Shown here piece by piece: positions 57,511-64,000 of a stretch of DNA of 64,000 bases. Source of the stretch: Spirochaetia bacterium (GTDB taxonomy: Bacteria; Spirochaetota; Spirochaetia; DSM-2461); assembly GCA_963666985.2 (NCBI GenBank), contig CAXXIA010000002.1, positions 2,272,001-2,336,000 of the forward strand, given 5' to 3'. The number at the start of each line of letters is the position of its first letter. The first letter of the stretch is position 1. The notes beneath the pieces are model-generated. The model had not been told where the DNA came from. It saw only the letters and a program-made list of their open reading frames with translations, and ran no database searches. The position numbers were made by a program, and so were the translations under genes.

Positions 57511-58224
57511 ATGAGAATCTGGGACATCTCTCCGGGGTACTTAAACAGGCAGAGCCTTCTGGGAGAGCATCGGGAATTGCACGGGCTGATGAACATCATC
57601 GTTCTAGGGAAGAAAGGGTATTCGCGGCATCCGGAAACCCTTCGGTGGATTTCTTATCCGGCCGCGCTCGCCTTCAGGCACCGTCAGCTTGCCGCGGAGA
57701 TGGCTCTGCGGGGGTACACGGACCAATCACCGGTTCCTGATTTTCCGATGCCGGAAGGTCCGCGGGAATGGCCGCCTGGTTACATCGACTCGCCGGGAGA
57801 TCAATACCGAATCCTTAAAGAGAAATACCGGGACAAGGAAGAAGGGCGAATTCCCCTGCCGGAGAACGCTCAGCAGATGTGGGCGCAGCATAAATACTCC
57901 ATCCTCGCAAGAGATCAGGAAGAATACCGGAGGCTTGGCCGCATGGTTTCAGAGCCGGAAGATGAGGATACATGGATGGAACTCGCCGAAACTTTGGTAA
58001 CCCTGATGCGCGTTCCTCCTTCAGCCGGCGGTATTCGTAATGCGCTTTTTCATATGTGGGGATACGTGAATGATTCGGACGGGAACGGCGGCCGTGAGGA
58101 GATATTGGATTCGCCGAACCTCCTTCTTGGTGAAATCCAACGCCGGATAAGGCTTCAGCCCCAGGAATATCTTTTGGCTTCGACGGCGCTCAGCGATCTG
58201 GGTACCTGGAATGAGCGAACATAA
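57511..58224 (+). CDS. Pyrimidine-dimer DNA glycosylase (T4 endonuclease V-like) fused to a DUF1722-like domain
   Basis: MRIWD..L.RQ.LLGEHRE, HPET.RW, EM..RGY; C-terminal W..HKY and NALFHMWGY. Confidence 0.72.
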   Translation: MRIWDISPGYLNRQSLLGEHRELHGLMNIIVLGKKGYSRHPETLRWISYPAALAFRHRQLAAEMALRGYTDQSPVPDFPMPEGPREWPPGYIDSPGDQYRILKEKYRDKEEGRIPLPENAQQMWAQHKYSILARDQEEYRRLGRMVSEPEDEDTWMELAETLVTLMRVPPSAGGIRNALFHMWGYVNDSDGNGGREEILDSPNLLLGEIQRRIRLQPQEYLLASTALSDLGTWNERT

Positions 58225-58271
58225 TAAGCACCGAAAGAGTAAAAAAATTCGATTAACGATATAATTCCGCC

Positions 58272-58739
58272 ATGGGAAAAACGAACGCGGTAAGAATGCT
58301 GGAACACGGCAATATTCCTTTCAAGCTGAAAGAGTATGAAGCGGACGAATCGGATCTGAGCGCCGTCGCCGTCGCGTCCAAAGCGGGAATCGATATAGAC
58401 CGGGTTTTTAAAACGCTGGTGCTGCGAAGTTCCTCCGGTGATATCTTCGTGTGCGTGATTCCCGGGGCCTGCGAGCTGAATCTGAAGAAAGCCGCCCTGG
58501 CCGCGGGAGCCAAGAAGGCCGATTTGGTTCCGGTTAAGGAAATCCTATCTTTGACCGGCTATATCCGGGGCGGCTGTTCCCCGGTGGGCATGAAGAAGAG
58601 TTACCCCACTTACTTTGATGAAACCTGCCTGCTTTTCGAGGAGATTTACGTCAGCGCCGGAATCCGGGGACTGCAGCTTATCATTTCTCCCGATGATCTG
58701 CTAAAAGCCGTCGGGGGCCGGGCCGCCGATTTGGTGTAG
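58272..58739 (+). CDS. ybaK: Cys-tRNA(Pro) deacylase YbaK/EbsC
   Basis: KTNA.R, VFKTLV, TGYIRGGCSPVGMK, SAG.RG. Confidence 0.92.
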   Translation: MGKTNAVRMLEHGNIPFKLKEYEADESDLSAVAVASKAGIDIDRVFKTLVLRSSSGDIFVCVIPGACELNLKKAALAAGAKKADLVPVKEILSLTGYIRGGCSPVGMKKSYPTYFDETCLLFEEIYVSAGIRGLQLIISPDDLLKAVGGRAADLV

Positions 58740-58754
58740 AGGGTTAAAACGACT

Positions 58755-59960
58755 TTAAGAGATGTTTTTCTTTCGCTGAAAGAACGTAAAGAAAACGATA
58801 GTCACCGCCGCAAGAGAGAGAAAAACGAACATGGCGAAGAATACGGCATTGATGCTGAAGTGATTACTGATGAAGGAACCCGCCAAGGGAGCCGCGAACC
58901 AGCCGAGATTCCCTACCGTTGTTTGGATTCCGAACATCAAACCTTGCTTTTTCGCCGGAACATTGCCGATGATTTCCGACTGAAGAAGAGGTTCTATTCC
59001 GCCCATGAAAAATGTGGCCAAGATAAAAAAAGCCGAGAAGCCGAAAAGACTTTGCATTAAGAAAACCGGGAATGTGATGATTGCGGAAATCGCCACCAAT
59101 ATGGAAATCATCTTTAATTTGTTATACCGATCTCCCAATCGGACAATGGTAACCGAAGCCAATGCCGTAACGGCTCCCCGTGCGAAGGAAATGAAACCCG
59201 TGGTTGAGGCCGCCCCATCAACCGTTCCTAAGAAATCTTGGATATACAGCGGGATGAACGGAATGGGCAGAATTCGGGAAAAGCGAAGAATCAGTATGAT
59301 GAAAAGAGCACCGACTATTGAGAATGTGACCAGACGTCCGTTTTCATTACCGGAAGCTTCATTATTTATGTTCCGTCCATCTTCGGAAACCTTGTTTTCC
59401 TTGATTGTGAACAGCACCAGGAAGAAACCGGCCGCGAGAATGGCCGCTCCAATCATGAAGCTCGGACGATATCCCAAATACTCCGCGGCGATTCCGCCGA
59501 ATAAGGGGCCGATTGAAATCCCGATGAAATTGGATGATGAGAGTATGCCCAGCGCATAGCTGAGTTTGTCTTTCGGTGTTCCGGCGGAAACGAGTGCGGC
59601 CGCGGCGGTAATCGTTCCCGTAAGAAATCCTTGAAGCAGCCGTAAGATAAAAACAAAGGTTACCGAATGGGCGAAGCTCAGGCATGCAAGAATAATCGCT
59701 CCGAAAAACATGGCCCGCAAAAGCATGATTTTCTTTCCGATATGGTCGGCAAGGTTTCCCCAAATGGGAGCCATGACGGCCATGCTTAAAGCCGGGGCGC
59801 TGGCCATAATCCCCGTCCATAAGTTAATCCTCGACGTATCCGTTACGCCCAGTTCCTGAATGAAATAAGGGAGGAACGGCAGACCGAAATTAAATCCCGA
59901 CAGGCTGAGAATTTGTGCGATCCAGATAATCCAGAGATTTCGGCGCCAGTTGTTGCTCAT
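58755..59960 (-). CDS. MFS efflux transporter (DHA1/MdtG-like)
   Basis: WRRNL, PFLP, PIWGNLADHIGKK.M.LRA, RLLQG, GPLFGG. SD AGGAG. Confidence 0.9.
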   Translation of the reverse strand: MSNNWRRNLWIIWIAQILSLSGFNFGLPFLPYFIQELGVTDTSRINLWTGIMASAPALSMAVMAPIWGNLADHIGKKIMLLRAMFFGAIILACLSFAHSVTFVFILRLLQGFLTGTITAAAALVSAGTPKDKLSYALGILSSSNFIGISIGPLFGGIAAEYLGYRPSFMIGAAILAAGFFLVLFTIKENKVSEDGRNINNEASGNENGRLVTFSIVGALFIILILRFSRILPIPFIPLYIQDFLGTVDGAASTTGFISFARGAVTALASVTIVRLGDRYNKLKMISILVAISAIITFPVFLMQSLFGFSAFFILATFFMGGIEPLLQSEIIGNVPAKKQGLMFGIQTTVGNLGWFAAPLAGSFISNHFSINAVFFAMFVFLSLAAVTIVFFTFFQRKKNIS

Positions 59961-60233
59961 GCTATCTCCTATGGTTTTCGGCCCGTATTTTTTTATAAGA
60001 GACACAACCAAGGATGAAGCGAGGTAACAAAATGTGCCTTAATACAAATAACGGAAGTGGAAAATTACTTAATTCTGAATGAAATAACCATATTCTTTCA
60101 AGCCGCCGGCTGTTCGGATCCTATCGGGAAGAATGAAAATATCCTTATTTCTGTAAACGGCCGTGAGTTGAGTGTATTTTATGTCCGCCTCTTGTATCTT
60201 TGAGAAGACTTCCATCGAATCCGGAGCCTGCTT

Positions 60234-60878
60234 ATGACGCGAAAAGTCTTCTGGGACAATCCCTACCTTACAACCTTAACAACTCGGATCGCCCATGTTG
60301 ACGGATCGGATGTTTTTCTTGAAGAAACAATCTTCTTCGCGTTCTCGGGCGGTCAGGAAAGTGATGCCGGCTCCATCGCCGGGAAGTCCGTAATCCGCGC
60401 GGAAGTCCGGGACCGGGAGATTGCCTACACACTTTCGGATAACCATGGACTGAGTGCGGGAGACTCGGTTGTTATTCTGATTGACCGGGAGAGACGATAC
60501 CGCCTGATGAAGCTTCATTTTGCGGCGGAACTCGTTCTGGAAACGGTTTATCGAACTTTTCCCGGAATTGAAAAGATTGGGGCTCATATTTCGGAGCACA
60601 AAGCACGGCTGGACTTTCTCCTGAATGAGAGTATTACTCCGTATCTTCAAAAGATTTCCGATAACGTAACGGCTTTGATTCAATCGGATTATCCGATAAT
60701 AAGCGATTATGAGGACAAAGACACCGAACGAAGATACTGGAAAATCGATGGATTTGCCCAAGTCCCCTGCGGCGGAACACATCTGAAAACAACAGGAGAA
60801 ATCGGACCAATTCGACTGAAACGCAATAACATCGGAAAAGGGAAAGAACGTATTGAAATCGAATTGAGTTCGATTTGA
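60234..60878 (+). CDS. alaX: AlaX-family stand-alone tRNA editing protein
   Basis: F..DNPY, TIFF..SGGQESD.G, R..LMKLHFAAE, CGGTH..TGEIG, GKGKERIEI. Confidence 0.85.
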   Translation: MTRKVFWDNPYLTTLTTRIAHVDGSDVFLEETIFFAFSGGQESDAGSIAGKSVIRAEVRDREIAYTLSDNHGLSAGDSVVILIDRERRYRLMKLHFAAELVLETVYRTFPGIEKIGAHISEHKARLDFLLNESITPYLQKISDNVTALIQSDYPIISDYEDKDTERRYWKIDGFAQVPCGGTHLKTTGEIGPIRLKRNNIGKGKERIEIELSSI

Positions 60879-61135
60879 CTTCTTTTATGAGAATTACGTT
60901 CGGTTGAGGCAATTTCATAATTCTTGAAATTGTTTATATTCGATGGCCGAAATCCCTTAAAATCGCTGATTTTAAAGCCGCTTCGGTTAATAAACCGGAT
61001 AAGAATGGGACTGAAATATCGCCGGTTCATTGAAGTCCGTTTATATGTGTTTCTATATTATGCCGTAGTTAATGGATGCAAAGTTCGATATCTTAGGAAA
61101 TAGAGAAATATTTTTATAAAACTTACCGAACTTAT

Positions 61136-62497
61136 TTAAAATGATCTCCTTAATTCTTGGGGTGATTCAATACTATAAAGTGACTGTTTGATTAAGTCTT
61201 TCCTCTTTGCGTTTCTGAGTAAGAAGAAAGCAATAATTAATGTTAAAAACTCTGCCGTTCCTACTGTATACCAGATAATCCCGTTGCCAAATATTATCGG
61301 CATAATAAATATGGCCAATGGAGTTATTAGTAGACATCTGGAGCATGCGATAATTACTGCGTATTTTGTTTGCTTGGTTGAATAGAAAAATGTCGTTGTC
61401 AGAAGATTTGCAGACATAATCATAAACGCCCAGCTGAAAGAAGTTAAGGCCTTTGTCGTTGTTTGTATCAGTAATAGATCTGAATTAAACAGCATGGTTA
61501 TGCTTTTTTTGAAAATAAAAAGGAGGGAAAAAACTGTAAAGGCGCTTGAAACGTTGATGACCATACCTGAATTGAAATAGTACTTTAAATCATTTTCATT
61601 CCGTCGGCCATAACTTTGTCCCAATAAAGGTTGCAATCCTTCAGATACACCCATAAATATACCTAAAGAGAAAGAAGTCAAATATGTTATAATGGAAAAA
61701 GCGGATACTGAAATATCTCCTATTTGACGAATTAGAATGTAATTCATACAAAGTGTCATGATTGGCATACCCATTTGTGAAATCATTTCCGGAAGACCGC
61801 GAAGAATTATTTTTTTTATAAGAGTCGAAGATATTGAAAACTGTTTAATCCGTATCCGCAATCTGCCTTTATGGTGAATAAAATGATTTATCAAGATTAA
61901 AAAGCTGATTGCCTGTCCTAATCCGGATGCTATTGCTGCTCCTTTTACACCCATCTTAAAAGGGAAAACAAAAAGCCAGTCAAAAAATATATTTATGACT
62001 GCTCCCGAAATAACAGCAGCGCTAACAAGAATGGGAGCACCATCATTCCTAACAAATCCTTGCAATATGATGTTGCATAGAAGAGGGAGCGAAAAAGCGC
62101 TTACATAGAAAAGGTATTCTTCTGTCATTTTAGAGAATGTATTATTTGCACCGCTTAATTCAGCTATCTTTTTTGCGAAAATCATTCCCATTGTCATAAA
62201 TATGATTCCCAGTAAAAAGGCCATTGTGGCTGAATGCATAAATGCATTGTTTGCACCTTCTACATCTTCTCTACCGAGGCGTATCGCAGTGACTGTAGTT
62301 CCTCCGATAGTTAGTAAAATAGCAAAGGCATTTGCCATTAGTGTAAATGGTACTGCAAGGTTGACTGCTCCTAGAGCGTCTACACCTATACCTCGGCCTA
62401 CGAATATACCATCCACTATTACGTATAAAAATGTTGTTGTGGATCCTGCTACGGTGGGTAGAATATATCGATAGAGATTTTGAGTTTGTTTTTTCAT
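61136..62497 (-). CDS. MATE family efflux transporter
   Basis: VDGIFVG, ALGAVN, RNDG.P, NIFFD, GVKGAAIA, QP..GQSYG. Confidence 0.92.
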   Translation of the reverse strand: MKKQTQNLYRYILPTVAGSTTTFLYVIVDGIFVGRGIGVDALGAVNLAVPFTLMANAFAILLTIGGTTVTAIRLGREDVEGANNAFMHSATMAFLLGIIFMTMGMIFAKKIAELSGANNTFSKMTEEYLFYVSAFSLPLLCNIILQGFVRNDGAPILVSAAVISGAVINIFFDWLFVFPFKMGVKGAAIASGLGQAISFLILINHFIHHKGRLRIRIKQFSISSTLIKKIILRGLPEMISQMGMPIMTLCMNYILIRQIGDISVSAFSIITYLTSFSLGIFMGVSEGLQPLLGQSYGRRNENDLKYYFNSGMVINVSSAFTVFSLLFIFKKSITMLFNSDLLLIQTTTKALTSFSWAFMIMSANLLTTTFFYSTKQTKYAVIIACSRCLLITPLAIFIMPIIFGNGIIWYTVGTAEFLTLIIAFFLLRNAKRKDLIKQSLYSIESPQELRRSF

Positions 62498-62514
62498 TTA
62501 AACTTTTTTCCAAT

Positions 62515-62961
62515 TTAACAAAGATATGCAGTCTCTTCTTTGAATAGATCTAAATATTTTTTTGAATATTGAAGCATTCCGGCACGTTCTTCTTTTGTCA
62601 TTCGTTTCCATGTTTGTTCTTCCGCTTGGAAAACAGTCTCTATAAATTCACAAGAGAAATTGTATCCAGATTGTGTTATTTCTATGATTTTGCTTCTTCT
62701 GTCATTTTCTGATTCCTTGAGAATTATAAATCCATTCTTCTCAATTTCTTTAAGAGCGCTATTGACTGTTTGCTTGCTCATTGACCATTGATCGCAGATG
62801 TCTTTTTGAGTGCAGTGATTACTCATCTCGTAAATTGCATAAAGAACCCAATATCCGCTTTCCGATAGTTTGCTTCTTCTTGCCAATTTTTTATAGATTG
62901 CATCAGTTTGCTTCCAAATTGAATAGTATTCTTGCAATTGAGTATGCAGTTTATTTTGCAT
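62515..62961 (-). CDS. MarR-family transcriptional regulator
   Basis: TQKDI..SKQTVNSALK.I...G.I..DRRSK.I..T..G winged HTH. Confidence 0.92.
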   Translation of the reverse strand: MQNKLHTQLQEYYSIWKQTDAIYKKLARRSKLSESGYWVLYAIYEMSNHCTQKDICDQWSMSKQTVNSALKEIEKNGFIILKESENDRRSKIIEITQSGYNFSCEFIETVFQAEEQTWKRMTKEERAGMLQYSKKYLDLFKEETAYLC

Positions 62962-62962
62962 C

Positions 62963-63024
62963 TTATCTGCCTTATATTAGTCCGATATCGGACTAATATA
63001 AGGCAGATAATGAAAAAATGTCAA
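62963..63024 (-). promoter_or_regulatory. marR promoter with perfect 48-bp palindromic operator
   Basis: Minus strand TTGACA (63024-63019), 18-bp spacer, TATATT; the palindrome at 62963-63010 covers the -10 element and the leader. Confidence 0.75.
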
Positions 63025-63190
63025 TGCGATGAATCAAAAAAATATTACTATTGGGAACTCATTGTTATATATCGGAATAGAACATGGGGAGGACCAAGTG
63101 TGTATGCTGAGCTGACATTGGCATATTATTATTGCAAATGCATGGAGGCTGGAGTTTTATTTCCTGCGAAACGATCATCTCTAGTCACAA

Positions 63191-63358
63191 TGATGTGAGC
63201 CGAATGCCCCCCTCACAAAATCGTAGATTACGCTTTTGTGAGACACACAGCAGCGCAGAGCTACATACGAGGGGGGCACTATGAAGGTTAGCACGAAGGT
63301 CGGGCGGTTTGTAGTTTTGGACGTTCACGCTGAGACCATCGCGGCAGCAGGGTGTTGA
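63191..63358 (+). mobile_element. IS110-family remnant (structured leader + 25-aa transposase N-terminus)
   Basis: 63281-63358 encodes MKVSTKVGRFVVLDVHAETIAAAGC*, resembling the IS110 FVGLDVH.ETI motif, with an SD-containing stem upstream. Confidence 0.6.
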
Positions 63359-63396
63359 AATCCCCACCCCATGCCCCCTCCATGGCAAAATAACGA

Positions 63397-63564
63397 TAGC
63401 AGTCTGTTGAAAAAAAAGAGATTTGGTTCGGAGATAGCGAGCGAGACTTGCAGCTCGATGCTGCCGGAGCACAGAAAGCGCAGTGTAGTGGAGCTACATA
63501 AGCATTCCGAGCACCGCCGAACGGCCGTATACGGGCTATAAGATTCTTTTTCAACAGTCTGCTA
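63397..63564. mobile_element. MITE-like non-autonomous element (168 bp)
   Basis: 18-bp terminal inverted repeats TAGCAG(T/A)CTGTTGAAAAA with one mismatch; no ORF contained. Confidence 0.7.
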
Positions 63565-63600
63565 GAAACGTCTGCGGATTCTTCAAACCGATTATTTTTT

Positions 63601-64000
63601 TTAAATACCTATTCCTTCTGTAGCCGAAGGAGGACTTAACCTTTGAATCAATATGGGATGCGCTTCCTCTTCCAGATGGTATTGGGCCCACTGTGAAGGT
63701 GGGACACCTGTCTTTTTTTTGAATAATCGTGAAAAGTAATATTGATCCTCGAAAGCCAACTTATGTGCGATTTCCTTGATGCTGAGTTTTCCGATTTCAA
63801 GCAATTCCTTAGCTTTGTTAACCTTAAGGTGTAGGTAAAATTGATAGGGAGTCATCCCCGTGTACGATTTGAATACTTCTCCGAGGTATGACGTACTGAG
63901 ATGAAGTTTTCCTGCGACTTCCTCTAATTCAATATTCCCATATAGATTTTCCTGTAGAATGAATTTCGTCTTTTCTACCAGCGTATCTGAATTACGGCCG
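63601..64000 (-). CDS. AraC-family regulator, C-terminal part (5'-truncated by the window)
   Basis: Frame is open to the window edge: ..LEEVAGKLHLSTSYLGEVFKSYTGMTP..AKELL..SIKEIA..YYFSRLFKKKTG. Confidence 0.9.
   Translation of the reverse strand, partial: GRNSDTLVEKTKFILQENLYGNIELEEVAGKLHLSTSYLGEVFKSYTGMTPYQFYLHLKVNKAKELLEIGKLSIKEIAHKLAFEDQYYFSRLFKKKTGVPPSQWAQYHLEEEAHPILIQRLSPPSATEGIGI

Noticed and set aside
63185..63554. Short minus-strand ORFs 63185-63472 and 63288-63554
   Set aside because: They span the IS110 relic and the MITE and show no protein features.

Overview
Bacterial chromosomal window, probably from an anaerobic spirochaete. This is inferred from the 'PLFANG' style of the solute-binding-protein signal and from the chemoreceptor and regulator styles, and is not proven. 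No rRNA, tRNA or CRISPR array was seen. Left to right: (1) a partial cysteine-desulfidase-like gene, a YesMN-type two-component pair, a class III aminotransferase, a CoA-acylating aldehyde dehydrogenase and an acyl-CoA carboxyltransferase; (2) an Fpg/Nei glycosylase; (3) a ~26 kb anaerobic catabolic cluster (10.7-36.8 kb) with a FadH-like and a second OYE-type reductase, an SDR, a beta-diketone (C-C) hydrolase, an MCP, MFS transporters, a BKACE-thiolase-ptb-buk-crotonase-2x AbfD-like-hbd operon, a membrane-anchored AraC regulator with candidate shared binding boxes, and a NuoG-N/GltD + NuoF-C + flavoprotein redox module; (4) a LacI-regulated ABC importer with a nucleoside hydrolase, then an RNase D-like gene; (5) a more AT-rich island with a second BKACE/ptb/buk set, two Na+-type transporters, divergent sigma54 promoters and a sigma54 activator; (6) a minimal cheA-cheY-mcp-cheW operon whose CheA carries a MshEN-like motif; (7) T4 endonuclease V-like, ybaK, MFS and alaX genes; (8) an AT-rich marR-MATE unit with a perfect 48-bp palindrome, an IS110 remnant, a MITE and a partial AraC gene. 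The best candidate for an undescribed system is cluster (3), a putative anaerobic ring-opening pathway for cyclic diketones or oxo/hydroxy acids. All substrate assignments are inference from motifs read by eye.
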